The notes beneath the pieces are model-generated. The model was not told where the DNA came from, searched no databases, and saw only the letters and a program-made list of their open reading frames with translations. Source: Pirellulales bacterium (GTDB taxonomy: Bacteria > Planctomycetota > Planctomycetia > Pirellulales > PLA5). From it: a stretch of DNA of 60,942 bases. The stretch spans positions 1 to 60,942 of the forward strand of contig JBBDYI010000377.1 of NCBI GenBank assembly GCA_040901705.1, in the 5' to 3' direction. Positions within the stretch are counted from its first letter, which is position 1; every line of letters starts with the position of its first letter. Below are positions 1-9,886 of this stretch, in pieces. Made by a program: the position numbers and the translations under genes.

Positions 1-495
1 GAAGTGATTGACGCTAGCGTGGGATATAGGCGTTTGAGCTTGATGCGGGCGTCGGCCGTGCGGAATTGCCAGTCGACGCGGACGTTGGCGGCGTTGCGTG
101 GTTGCTGCCAGGCGTTGATTTCGGTGGTCAGGAATTCTTGCGAATCGATTCGCCGAGACAGACATTGCCGGCCCAACGCCGACAGACCGAGTTCGACATA
201 CGCCTTTCGCGTTCGATGCACGGTGATCTTTCCTCACGTCGATCGCTTCGGCCACCTGCGCGTCCGTCGGGCCGTTGCCCTCCGCTCCGGCGTCCGCCTT
301 GAGCAGCGACTGGGCCCGCCGCCGCTTCGCCGCCGCGACCTTGCCACGAGACAAAATCCCCTGCAAATCCCACCGCTCCTGCTCCGACAACCGCACCACA
401 TACTTGCTGTTATAATTCCGCATCGCCAGCCTCCTTGAAAAAAACGAGGAGGCGGCATGCCAGCACTTATCCAACCGACAACGACAGACCACTAG
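1..495 (-). mobile_element. IS630-family remnant (internally deleted, frameshifted); left end at 495, right end outside window
   Basis: Minus strand from ATG 423 reads MRNYNSKYVVRLSEQERWDLQGILSRGKVAAAKRRRAQSLLKAD (IS630 N-terminal HTH). After a frameshift near 229 it reads TVHRTRKAYVELGLSALGRQCLSRRID...AWQQPRNAANVRVDWQFRTADARIKLKRLYP (IS630 C-terminal tail). End sequence CTAGTGGTCTGTCG at 482-495. Confidence 0.8.
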
Positions 496-516
496 TCTAT
501 TCCCGCTTGGCCTGAC

Positions 517-1734
517 CTACGATTTGTAGTCGCCGACGTTGGGGAGTTTTTGGAAGGTGTCGGGGCCGAAGTAGCGGAGGCTTACCAGGGGTTCGGAGCC
601 GGTGTTTTCGATTTCTACGCCTCTGGTCGCCGCTTCGTGGGTGATGAAGACTTCGTCTTCGGTTTCTTGGCCGAAGCGGATCATGGCTGGGGTTTGGAGG
701 TTTAGCTTGCCGATGCGTCCTTTACCCTGCACGGTGATCCAACCGCTGGCGGCTTTGTCTTGGATCGTGCATTTCTTGCCGGGGTCGACGGTTAGTTCGC
801 GGGCGCTGAAGAGTTGGGCGCCGTCGACACGGCCGTAGACGATCCACTTGTCGATCCAGCCTTCGCCGCTGGCCGCGGTGATCGGTTCTAGGTAGTTGCT
901 GTCTTTGAAGTGGGTGTCGACGTTCTTTTCCCAGTCTAGTTGGGAGATGATGAAGTCGAGGTCTTGGTGTTTTTCTTTGGGGACGTCTTTGACTAGGAGC
1001 GACCAGGGGACTTCGCGGCCTTCGACCAGGGATTGGAACATGCCGAAGACGTCGCTGCCCCATTGGGGTTCGTAGGTGCAGAGGGAGCCAGGAGCATGCA
1101 GGACGCCGGGCGGGATGAGCCAGCCCGTGCCGCGGCGGAGGCGATAGGCGCGGGAGAGATCGAGGATGCCGTTGTCGCCTTTGGACCAGTCTTCGAGGCA
1201 CTTGCGGAGTTGGGCCTTGGTGGTGCCGGGCTCGAGGCCCATGAAGGTGTAGGCGAAGTTGTTGTCGACATTGTTGTATTGGGGCGGGAAGTAGTAGCTT
1301 TCGGGCTTGCCTTCCTGGCCGGTGAGCTTGGCGTGGGCGAAGCTCTGGTGCATGTGGTGCGGGATGGGGCCCATGTTGTCGAAGAACTTGGAGTAGACGG
1401 GCCAGCGGTCGTACTTCTTGTACATGGCGTCGCCGATGAGGCGGTTGCCGGCTTCGGCGACGGCGTCGCGGAGGAGGAACTGCTGGCCGCCGAAGGAGCA
1501 GAAGGAGAGGCCCTCGTGCGGGACGCGGCCTTCGTTGGCGGCTTCGGTGGTGCTGGCGAACCAGCGTTCGTCGATGCCGCCGCGGTGCGCGCCGTAGGCG
1601 TACCAATCGGCGGGATGGAGCTTGATGCGCTTGCCGGGATGCAGGAAGCTGCGGGGAACCCAGGTGGGCGTGAGGCGGAGGAGGCCTTCGCCGGCGTCGA
1701 GGGCGGAGTTGAGCGTGGGGGCAATGTTGTCCAT
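517..1734 (-). CDS. Cupin-fold protein, class I mannose-6-phosphate isomerase-like
   Basis: 405 aa ORF; HHMH, KPESYYF, LHAPG and YEPQ motifs resemble PMI type I cupins. Confidence 0.7.
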   Translation of the reverse strand: MDNIAPTLNSALDAGEGLLRLTPTWVPRSFLHPGKRIKLHPADWYAYGAHRGGIDERWFASTTEAANEGRVPHEGLSFCSFGGQQFLLRDAVAEAGNRLIGDAMYKKYDRWPVYSKFFDNMGPIPHHMHQSFAHAKLTGQEGKPESYYFPPQYNNVDNNFAYTFMGLEPGTTKAQLRKCLEDWSKGDNGILDLSRAYRLRRGTGWLIPPGVLHAPGSLCTYEPQWGSDVFGMFQSLVEGREVPWSLLVKDVPKEKHQDLDFIISQLDWEKNVDTHFKDSNYLEPITAASGEGWIDKWIVYGRVDGAQLFSARELTVDPGKKCTIQDKAASGWITVQGKGRIGKLNLQTPAMIRFGQETEDEVFITHEAATRGVEIENTGSEPLVSLRYFGPDTFQKLPNVGDYKS

Positions 1735-2058
1735 GGCAGGGGTCGGGGGTCAGGGGTCGGGGAGACTTGTGGCGCGGTGGGGGGACCGGCCACAACGGCG
1801 CGGGTTCAGGATTCGGGCGGCGTGCGGATAATTGTGGAAAGGTTGTTTTATTCGGCGGCGGGCGGTTCGGCAAGTTGCGGCGCGGAGCCAGCCCACGCTC
1901 GCTTTACGTGCCGCCCGCTGATCCGCGACAACTCCGCCGCTTTGGTGAGCGAAAACTCGCGAGCCTTGAGTCGAGAAAAAGTCTCTAACGGCCGCCGCTG
2001 CTGGCCTGCCGCTGATCGACAACGTTTCCCCGATCCAGTTCCTCAAGGAGGTGATTAT

Positions 2059-2109
2059 GGGGACATTTCTAATGGCCGCTTAAGGTGACATTTCTAATGG
2101 CGCATTACA
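2059..2109. mobile_element. Orphan IS end, IS1202/ISNCY-like (two tandem transposase-binding sites, ending ACA)
   Basis: GG(G/T)GACATTTCTAATGGC at 2059-2076 and 2084-2101, followed by GCATTACA; reverse complement TGTAATGCGCCATTAGAAATGTC. No transposase nearby. Confidence 0.6.
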
Positions 2110-2328
2110 CACGAAAAACTCGAAATACTGGCAATTGCGCCGCCGGCGCTCTACGCTAGACACAAATCTCGGCCGGCCGAGCGGTTTGCCCTAACTTTCC
2201 GACGAGGCGGATTCGCAATTGGCGGCACGTCGGCAGACGATTGAATTATCCGAAACATCGAGCCAAGCTATTTCAAGCACGACCGCGGCCCTTCACGGCA
2301 CCGGCCATTCACGACTAGGAGACCAGGC

Positions 2329-3615
2329 ATGTCGAACAAGGTTATTCGTCCGAATCGGCGGCGGTTCATCCAGACCGCGCTTTCGGTGGGCGCGGCGGCA
2401 ATGGCGCCGCACGTTATTCCAAGTTCCGCGCTGGGCAAGGACGGCGCGGTGTCGCCCAGCGAGCGAATCACGGTCGGCGGCATCGGCATCGGCAATCGCG
2501 GCACCTACGATTTGAGTTGCTTTCTCGAACAGCCCGACGTGCAGTTCCTCGCCGTCTGCGACATCAAAGAAAGTCGCCGCCAGGCCGTGAAGAACATTGC
2601 CGACAAGAAGTACGGTAACCAAGACTGCGACACGTATCGCGACTTCCGCGAACTGCTGGGGCGAGCCGACATCGACGCGGTGCTGATCGCCACGGGTCCG
2701 AACTGGCACGCCACGGCGGCGATGAACGCGGCGCGGGCCGGCAAGGATATGTATTGCGAGAAGCCGTGTACGAAGAATATTTCGCAGAGCCTGATTCTCA
2801 AGGAAACGATGCAGCGGACCGGCCGCGTGTTTCAAGCCGGCACGCAGCGGCGTAACTTGCCGCACTTCGCTTTCGCCTGCGAACTGGCCCGCACCGGCAA
2901 GCTCGGCAAGCTCAAAGCGGTCCACGCGCATCCGGCTGGCATGAAGACGCAGATGAGCGGTTGGCTGCCGGCCGAACCGGAACCGCCGAAGGAAGAGATC
3001 GATTGGGACATGTACCTCGGCCCGGCGGCGTGGCGGCCGTTCAACCGTCGGCAGCTCGACGGCTTCAACTTCGAGAAGGGCGGCGGAATGGTCGGCGGCG
3101 GCGTGCTGGAATGGGGTTCGCACTGCGTCGATCTTTGCCAATGGGCCGTGGGGGCCGACGACGTGGTGCCCATCGAATACAACCCGCCCAAGGACGGCCG
3201 CGTCGTGGCGCGTTATGAGAACGGCGTGGAGCTGGTCATCCGCGAAACGGGCTGGCTGCCGCTGGGTTCCTGCCCGGTGCGGTTCGAGGGCGAAGACGGT
3301 TGGGTCGAGGCGGGCGACAGCGGCAAGCTGGTGCTCAGTTCGCCGGCGTTGCTCGCCGGGCGGAAGGTCGAGGAAATCGGCGGCTATCCGGCCACGTTCC
3401 ACGTTCGCGATTTCCTCAATTGCGTCAAGACGCGGAGCAAGCCGAAGGGCAATCCAGTGGCCGCCTGTTACGCCCACATCGCCTGCCACGCGGCGAACAT
3501 CGCCGTCGCGCTCAATCGCACGGTGAAGTTCGATCGTCACAAGAACGAGTTCATCGACGACGAGGAGGCCAATCGCCTTCGCTCCGAAGCCCTTCGCGAG
3601 CCGTGGCGGTTGTAA
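2329..3615 (+). CDS. Gfo/Idh/MocA family oxidoreductase, Tat-exported
   Basis: NRRRFIQ twin-arginine signal, GIGIGNRG Rossmann motif, YCEKP motif; RBS GGAG upstream. Confidence 0.92.
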   Translation: MSNKVIRPNRRRFIQTALSVGAAAMAPHVIPSSALGKDGAVSPSERITVGGIGIGNRGTYDLSCFLEQPDVQFLAVCDIKESRRQAVKNIADKKYGNQDCDTYRDFRELLGRADIDAVLIATGPNWHATAAMNAARAGKDMYCEKPCTKNISQSLILKETMQRTGRVFQAGTQRRNLPHFAFACELARTGKLGKLKAVHAHPAGMKTQMSGWLPAEPEPPKEEIDWDMYLGPAAWRPFNRRQLDGFNFEKGGGMVGGGVLEWGSHCVDLCQWAVGADDVVPIEYNPPKDGRVVARYENGVELVIRETGWLPLGSCPVRFEGEDGWVEAGDSGKLVLSSPALLAGRKVEEIGGYPATFHVRDFLNCVKTRSKPKGNPVAACYAHIACHAANIAVALNRTVKFDRHKNEFIDDEEANRLRSEALREPWRL

Positions 3616-3640
3616 GAGAGCGGCTGGCGAGTTCGTAACT

Positions 3641-3708
3641 GTAGGAGGCGAATCCTTTCGCCGACAGATCCGCCAACCGACGCATCGGCGAAAGGATTCG
3701 CCTCCTAC
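3641..3708. repeat. GTAG-class REP doublet (REPIN), type A
   Basis: GTAGGAGGCGAATCCTTTCGCCGA ... TCGGCGAAAGGATTCGCCTCCTAC inverted pair; each arm has an internal GGCGAA/TTCGCC hairpin. Confidence 0.85.
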
Positions 3709-3769
3709 AATGGTTAGAACGAGTTTTCACCTGAACGGTTTTCCAATCCATCTATCGGAATTTCATACC

Positions 3770-5905
3770 ATGTCAAGAACGATGAACACGATGCTGCTGG
3801 CCGCGGTGGCGGCGGTGGGTTTGTTTGCCGCGCCGGCTTGCGCGGGAGAAGACGCCAAGGCCGTAGCGGCCAAGGAGCAGTCGCTGATCGCCGTGCTGGC
3901 CTCTGACGCGCCTGGCGGCGACAAGGCGATTGCTTGCAAGGAGTTGGCGATCTATGGCTCGGCGAAGGCGGTGCCGCAACTCGCGCCGTTGCTGGCCGAT
4001 CCGCAATTGTCGTCGTGGTCTCGCACGGCGCTGGAAGTCATACCCGGCGCGGAGGCCGACGCGGCCTTGCGTGACGCGGCCGGCAAACTCGAAGGTCGCG
4101 TGCTCATCGGTGTGCTCAACTCCATCGCCTTCCGCCGCGACGCCAAGGCCGTTGACGTTCTTACCGAGCGGTTGAGCGACAAGGACACCGCCGTGGCTTC
4201 GGCCGCGGCCGTGGCTTTGGGCCGGATCGGAAACGCCGCCGCCACGAAGACGCTCCGCGCCGCGCTTTCCAAGGCTCCCGCAGGCGTCCGCTCCGCAGTT
4301 GCCGAAGGCTGCATCCTGTGCGCCGAGCGGCTGATGAGCGGCGACAGCAGCGACGAAGCGGGGAAAATCTACGACGAAGTCCGCACGGCCGACGTGCCCA
4401 AACCGCGAATTCTGGAAGCCACGCGCGGCGCGATCCTGGCCCGCAAGTCTGGCGGCGTCGAGCTGCTGATCGAGCAGATTCGCTCGCCGGACAAGGCGTT
4501 TTACTACATCGGTTTGAGCACGGCCCGCGAATTGCCCGGCCGCGAGGCGACCGAAGCGATCGCCGCCGAGCTGGCCGAAGTCGGCCCGGACCACGCAGCC
4601 GCGCTGCTCGCCGTGCTCGGCGACCGCAACGACCCGGCGGCCGCGCCGGCGGTGCTCAAGGCGGTCAAATCGAGTCCCAAACCCGTGCGGATCGCGGCGA
4701 TCGGTGTGTTGGGGCGGTTTGCCGATGCTTCGACGGCGCCCGCGCTGTTGGACATTGCCGGCGAAGACGACGCCGAACTCTCCGCCGCAGCCAAGCAAAC
4801 GCTGACCGGCCTCAAGGGCGAGAAAATCGACTCCGAGATCGCCCGACGGCTCGGTAAGGCCGACGGCCAGATGCTCATCACGCTGATCGAGCTGGTGGGC
4901 GCACGTCGCATTGAGGCGACCACCGATTTGATCGCCGCGCTCAAGCACGACGACGCGGAAACTCGCTCAGCGGCGCTGGCCGCTCTGGGCGAAACCGTCG
5001 CGGCCAAGGATCTCGGCGTGTTGATCTCTCAGGCGACGTCGCCGACACATCTGGAAGACGCTCCGGCGGCTCAGCGAGCGCTGCGGGCCGCGGCCGTGCG
5101 CATGCCCGATCGCGAAAAATGCTCATCGGAGCTTGCGGCCGCAATGGTCGGCGCTTCGGCCCAGACCAAGGACACGCTACTGGAAATTCTTGGCGCAGTT
5201 GGCGGCTCCAAGGCTTTGGCGACGCTGGCGACCGCCGCCAACGGCGCCGATCCGCAACTGCAAGACACCTCGACGCGGTTGCTCGGCGCGTGGATGAGCG
5301 TCGACGCGGGTCCGGTGCTCTTGGACATCGCCAAAACCGCGAAGGAAGAGAAGTATCAGATTCGCGCAATGCGCGGGTACATTCGCTTGGCGCGGCAATT
5401 CGCCAAGTCGCCCGCCCAACGAGCCGAAATGTGCGACAAGGCCCTCGAGGCCGCGGGCCGTGTTGACGAACGCAAGCTTGTGCTGCAAGTTCTCGAACTT
5501 TATCCGAGCGTCGACGCGCTGAAGGTCGCGGTCAAGGCGTCCGAGACGAAGGAACTCAAGGACGACGCCACGCGGGTGTCGCTGGCGATCGTGCAGAAGA
5601 TCGGCGGCAAGGACGCCTCGGCGAAAGAACTGCTGGCGAAGATCGGCCTCGCGCCGGTGAAGCTGGAAATCGTCAAGGGCGAATATGGCGCCGGCGAAGC
5701 CAAGCGGGACGTCACCGACATCCTGCGAAAGCAGGCCCGCGACCTGCCGCTCGTCGGCCTGCCTTCGGAAAGCTACAACGCCGCGTTCGGCGGCGACCCC
5801 GCGCCGGGCGTCGTCAAACAGTTGCGGATCAACTACCGCATGAACGGCAAGGAAGGCGAGGCGACGTTCGCCGAGAACGCGACGATTCTGTTGCCGATGC
5901 CTTAA
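3770..5905 (+). CDS. Secreted HEAT-repeat protein with C-terminal beta domain
   Basis: Signal peptide, Ala/Leu-rich HEAT repeats (e.g. VASAAAVALGRIG); C-terminal GEYGAG..RDVT..GDPAPGVVKQL domain. Start moved to ATG 3770, downstream of the REPIN. Confidence 0.85.
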   Translation: MSRTMNTMLLAAVAAVGLFAAPACAGEDAKAVAAKEQSLIAVLASDAPGGDKAIACKELAIYGSAKAVPQLAPLLADPQLSSWSRTALEVIPGAEADAALRDAAGKLEGRVLIGVLNSIAFRRDAKAVDVLTERLSDKDTAVASAAAVALGRIGNAAATKTLRAALSKAPAGVRSAVAEGCILCAERLMSGDSSDEAGKIYDEVRTADVPKPRILEATRGAILARKSGGVELLIEQIRSPDKAFYYIGLSTARELPGREATEAIAAELAEVGPDHAAALLAVLGDRNDPAAAPAVLKAVKSSPKPVRIAAIGVLGRFADASTAPALLDIAGEDDAELSAAAKQTLTGLKGEKIDSEIARRLGKADGQMLITLIELVGARRIEATTDLIAALKHDDAETRSAALAALGETVAAKDLGVLISQATSPTHLEDAPAAQRALRAAAVRMPDREKCSSELAAAMVGASAQTKDTLLEILGAVGGSKALATLATAANGADPQLQDTSTRLLGAWMSVDAGPVLLDIAKTAKEEKYQIRAMRGYIRLARQFAKSPAQRAEMCDKALEAAGRVDERKLVLQVLELYPSVDALKVAVKASETKELKDDATRVSLAIVQKIGGKDASAKELLAKIGLAPVKLEIVKGEYGAGEAKRDVTDILRKQARDLPLVGLPSESYNAAFGGDPAPGVVKQLRINYRMNGKEGEATFAENATILLPMP

Positions 5906-5928
5906 GGCTTAACCCGTAACCGAATTTT

Positions 5929-6011
5929 GTAGGAGGCGAATCCTTTCGCCGAAAGCACTGTCAAGCGATTCCTGTCGAGCGATTCCTTCGGCGAAAGGAT
6001 TCGCCTCCTAC
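5929..6011. repeat. GTAG-class REP doublet (REPIN), type A, second copy
   Basis: Same arms as 3641-3708 with a different spacer. Confidence 0.85.
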
Positions 6012-6019
6012 AGTTTTGT

Positions 6020-6040
6020 GGTGCTCACAGAGCATCCTAC
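6020..6040 (-). repeat. Single REP, type B (one mismatch)
   Basis: GGTGCTCACAGAGCATCCTAC vs the type B arm GGTGCTCACAGAGCACCCTAC. Confidence 0.75.
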
Positions 6041-6148
6041 GTTTGGCGCGGCTGCGCGCGGCCATTTTCACCCGATGTCGGCGGACGCAACGCAGCAGAC
6101 GCTATCATGCTGGCAAATGCCAGCTTTGATATCCGTAATGCGCCGGGG

Positions 6149-6178
6149 TTGACAATTGCGGGTTGGCGCGGGTAGAAC
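6149..6178 (+). promoter_or_regulatory. Putative sigma70 promoter
   Basis: TTGACA-N18-TAGAAC. Confidence 0.35.
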
Positions 6179-6578
6179 TACTGCCACAGGCAGGCGAACG
6201 CGGAAGCACTTCTACTTTGGCGACAACCCTGCTTGTAGATATCACCGCGGCAACGGCAGGACGGAAATCGTCAGTCTCCGTGGATGGCCACGCCCGAATG
6301 TGCGAGGGCGGTGGTCTGTTTTTCAACATTTGAAGTTCGCGCGCCACGGGATGTTCTTGGCGATCAGGTATCGGCTTTCGCGCGTCGCACTCGGCGGCGG
6401 CGCGGGGGTCGCTTTGCCGGGATTCTTACGATCCGGCAACGCCGTCTGAATGCGTCGCGGTTACGTTTGGGAATATGGATTTCCCGATCGCAACGAGAAC
6501 AAGGACGTTCTTCCCAGGGCGAGCTAGCACAGCCGGCGTCGCTGCCGGCGAGCTTTGACCGAACAAGGAGGAACTCTG

Positions 6579-6875
6579 ATGTCCGATGTTAATTTCTTGA
6601 CGGCCCGCTATGAAACCGCAGCCGAGGAGACGACAGCCACCGACGCCGCAATCTGCGAGCCGCGAACCGGCGCCGCCGCGATCGTCCTGGCCGTCGAACG
6701 GGCAATTCGCCGCGACACCCGCCGCGGCGTGTTCGATCTCGAAGTGCAGGTCGCCACCGACGGCGTCCACCTTCGCGGGCGCTGTTCGACCTTTTACTGC
6801 AAGCAGCTAGCGCAGCATGCAGCGGCGACCGTCGTCAGTCGAGCGCGATTGCACAACGATATCGAAGTTTGGTAA
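6579..6875 (+). CDS. Small BON-domain-like protein
   Basis: AGGAGG RBS; LEVQV..DGVHLRGRCSTFYCKQLAQHAA...LHNDIEV matches the planctomycete BON-like pattern. Confidence 0.8.
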   Translation: MSDVNFLTARYETAAEETTATDAAICEPRTGAAAIVLAVERAIRRDTRRGVFDLEVQVATDGVHLRGRCSTFYCKQLAQHAAATVVSRARLHNDIEVW

Positions 6876-7065
6876 AAGCCATCCTGCCGCAACGGCTCGG
6901 TGCCGACGCCGCGCACGGGACGGGTTGCAAATCCGCCCCGCATGTTCGTGGTAAATGATTGGGATGCATCACAAGGCCGCAAGGACGCGGTTGGTTTGCG
7001 TCGAGGGCGTTTGCGGACTCTTTTTCCGCGCTGCCTGACGCGATACTTTGGGCAATAGGACACGG

Positions 7066-8982
7066 ATGTCGCGATTCATTCTCATCGATCATTCGCTCAA
7101 GGGCGTTGGCGGGCATCACTACGAGTATGCCGCCCACGTGCTTCGCGCCGCCGAACGGGCAGGCTACGAACCCGTGTTGTCGACGCATCGGCGGTTCCGC
7201 GGCGGCGCAGATTATCCGCGGCACTGGTCGACTTGGCCCGTGTTTCGCTTCACGACTTACTCGCCGTACACGATCTACCGCAGCCGGCCACAGCACGAAC
7301 GCCGCGTTGCGACGGCCGACACAGCGGGCGAAGTCGGATGGCCCGCGCGGGCTTGGACGTGGAGCGGCTTGTGGCGGCAGATCGGCGATTATTGGCACCG
7401 CCGCGGGCGAGAACGCCATGTCGCCGCGTTTGCCGCCTCGCTGGCGAAGTTGTTCGCACGCGAGCCGCTCGCGCCCGGCGACCAGGTATTCATCCCCACG
7501 CTCAGCGAACTCGATCTGGCCGGGCTGGTCCGCTATCTCGAAGCCTCCGGCCACACCAGCGACGTCGCCGACTGGCACTTGCAGTTTCACTACAACATCT
7601 TCGACGGCCGCGAGCCGGAGTTTGCGGCGCAGGCTGACAAACTCGACACGATGCGGTCCGCGTTCGCCGACGCATTGGCCCGAGTGCCGCGCCATCGCCT
7701 GCACTTCTACAACACGACCGAACCGCTCGCCGCACAGTACGAGCGAATGGGATTGGCGGCGTTTGCGGCGCTGCCCTATCCGGTGAACGAATCGCTCGCG
7801 GGCGGAGACGGCGGCGAAGACGGCGCGACATCCGAACGCGACGCAACTCCGCGGCCGCTCCGCGTCGCCTGCCTCGGCGCGATCCGGCCGGAAAAGGGCG
7901 CGGCCGAATTGGCTCACGTGGTGGAGGAATTGTGGGACAGCCACTTTCTGCCCGGCCGGTGCCAGTTGGTCGTTCAGTCGAACAAGCGGCGGTTTCGCCT
8001 TCCGCTTCCGATCGAAGACGAGGCGGAATTACCGGACGACGTGGAGCCGGTCGTCTATGCACCGCATCCGCTACCGATGGACGACTACGTCGAACTGATC
8101 CGTTCGGCCGACGTGGGCCTGTTGATGTACGACAGCCGGCGCTACTACGCGCGATGTAGCGGCGTGTTGGTCGAGCTGCTCAGTGTCGGTACGCCCGTCG
8201 TCGTCTCGGCCGGTTGTTGGATGGCGGAGCAGATCGCCGAGGCGAACTTCGCCCACCTCGATCGCGCGGCGAGCGAATTGCGCGTCGTTAGGCGACATGT
8301 TGCGGCCGACTTGTCGCCAGTCGTTGAAACGGACGCCGGCCACACTGGTGCATTTGGTCAATCAGCGCGACGCAGTTCAGCCGCCATCGATGGGCGTCTC
8401 GTGCTCCCCGCCGGCGCACAAGCCATCGTCGCCAGATTTGCCATCCCCGCGGCGACGACGCACGTCCTCTGCTCGTTCCGCTGGCGGCATCCAACCGAGG
8501 CCGGCACATACGCGCGGGTGTCGCTCGAAGCCGCCGACAACGACACCGACAACTTCGCCGACGAAGGCAACGGACACGAAGATTGCCGCCGGGCGTTCGT
8601 CGTCGGCCGCCGCCACGGCGATACGCCGGTGCGCGTCATGTTCGCGGTTCCGGTCGACGCCGGCCGCGTGCGGCTGCGGTGGGAAAACGAATACGACAGC
8701 GGCCCGATCGCTCTCGAAGACGTGGAAATCGAACTACTCTCCGCGGGGCACTTGCCGCGGGCAACCTATCCGCTCGGTGCGGTCGGACTCATCGCCGCCG
8801 ACGATTGCGAAGTGGCGACGCTATTGGACGAGATCGTCACGCACTGGCCCCATTATCGGCGAACGGCGGCCGAGTTCTCGCGCCAATGGTCCGCCTTTCA
8901 TAGCGCCGGACGAATCGTGGCGGAACTAACCGAACGCAGCAAGTTGGCGGCCGACGCGCCGACCGAGAAACGGGCGGCTTAA
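7066..8982 (+). CDS. GT-B glycosyltransferase (GT4-like) with inserted domain
   Basis: N-terminal IDHSL..VGGHHYEY; LGAIRPEKG; ELLSVGTPVVVS. Confidence 0.75.
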   Translation: MSRFILIDHSLKGVGGHHYEYAAHVLRAAERAGYEPVLSTHRRFRGGADYPRHWSTWPVFRFTTYSPYTIYRSRPQHERRVATADTAGEVGWPARAWTWSGLWRQIGDYWHRRGRERHVAAFAASLAKLFAREPLAPGDQVFIPTLSELDLAGLVRYLEASGHTSDVADWHLQFHYNIFDGREPEFAAQADKLDTMRSAFADALARVPRHRLHFYNTTEPLAAQYERMGLAAFAALPYPVNESLAGGDGGEDGATSERDATPRPLRVACLGAIRPEKGAAELAHVVEELWDSHFLPGRCQLVVQSNKRRFRLPLPIEDEAELPDDVEPVVYAPHPLPMDDYVELIRSADVGLLMYDSRRYYARCSGVLVELLSVGTPVVVSAGCWMAEQIAEANFAHLDRAASELRVVRRHVAADLSPVVETDAGHTGAFGQSARRSSAAIDGRLVLPAGAQAIVARFAIPAATTHVLCSFRWRHPTEAGTYARVSLEAADNDTDNFADEGNGHEDCRRAFVVGRRHGDTPVRVMFAVPVDAGRVRLRWENEYDSGPIALEDVEIELLSAGHLPRATYPLGAVGLIAADDCEVATLLDEIVTHWPHYRRTAAEFSRQWSAFHSAGRIVAELTERSKLAADAPTEKRAA

Positions 8983-8993
8983 CGGAGTGGCCA

Positions 8994-9818
8994 TTATTCC
9001 GGCGCGACGGTCACCAGTTCCTCTGACACGGATTCGACTTGCTCCGCCGTGATCGACGGCTGTTCCTCGGCGTAGCCAATCAGCAGCGACAGGTCGCACA
9101 GCCGGTTGATCTCCCGCGGAACGCCGTGGGTGAGGTGGTAGATCGCTTCCATCGCCGCGGAGTCGAAGATCGGCACCTCGGCTTCGGCGGCGGTGAGGCG
9201 GTGGCTGATGTAGCTGACCGTTTCTTCGAGATTGAACGGCCGCAGCAGGCACTTTACGCCCAGGCGTTGTTCGAGGCCCGGCATGCGGTCGAGTTGCGGC
9301 AACAGGCCGGTCTGCCCGGCGATGAGCAGCGTCAGACCCGGCTGCGAGTCGGTCTCGAAGTTGAGCAGCAGTCGCAGCGTCTCGAAGCCTTCGCGACCGG
9401 CGAGCAGGTGCGCCTCGTCGACGACAACCACGGCGTGGCGGCCGGCCCGCGTGTTTTCGGCGAGGACGTTCGAGATGGCGCGAACGCTTTGCTGCAACGA
9501 ATCGGTGGCGACTGCGGTGTTCGTCGCTGCGCCAAGTTCGCCGGCGAGGTAGGCGAGCAGTTGATCCGCCGGCATCTGTGGAAACACGAGATGTACGAAC
9601 GGCGCGATCGTTTCCGGCGCTTGTCGGCGTAGCGATTCGACCAGCAGTGTCTTGCCGAGTCCGGCCGCGCCGCTGAGCAGCACCGCGCCGCGACGGTTCT
9701 CGATGCCGTAGCGAAGCTTTAGCAGCGCGCCCTGATGCACTTCGCTGGGATAATACGATCGGGCGTCGAAGCCATTCTCGAACGGTTTGCGGCTGATCCG
9801 CCAATACGATTCATACAT
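8994..9818 (-). CDS. ExeA/GspA-family AAA ATPase
   Basis: MYESYW..KPF N-terminus, Walker A GAAGLGKT, Walker B VVVVDEAH, GVPREINRLCD. Confidence 0.9.
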   Translation of the reverse strand: MYESYWRISRKPFENGFDARSYYPSEVHQGALLKLRYGIENRRGAVLLSGAAGLGKTLLVESLRRQAPETIAPFVHLVFPQMPADQLLAYLAGELGAATNTAVATDSLQQSVRAISNVLAENTRAGRHAVVVVDEAHLLAGREGFETLRLLLNFETDSQPGLTLLIAGQTGLLPQLDRMPGLEQRLGVKCLLRPFNLEETVSYISHRLTAAEAEVPIFDSAAMEAIYHLTHGVPREINRLCDLSLLIGYAEEQPSITAEQVESVSEELVTVAPE

Positions 9819-9886
9819 GAGCACGATTCCCGGAGGTTCTGGCGTGAGTCAACAAGTGGTCAACGAATGTGCGACGGTAGCGCGTC

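Noticed and set aside
1739-1766. GGGGTC(A/G) heptamer repeats
   Set aside because: Only three units; a common short GC-rich intergenic repeat.
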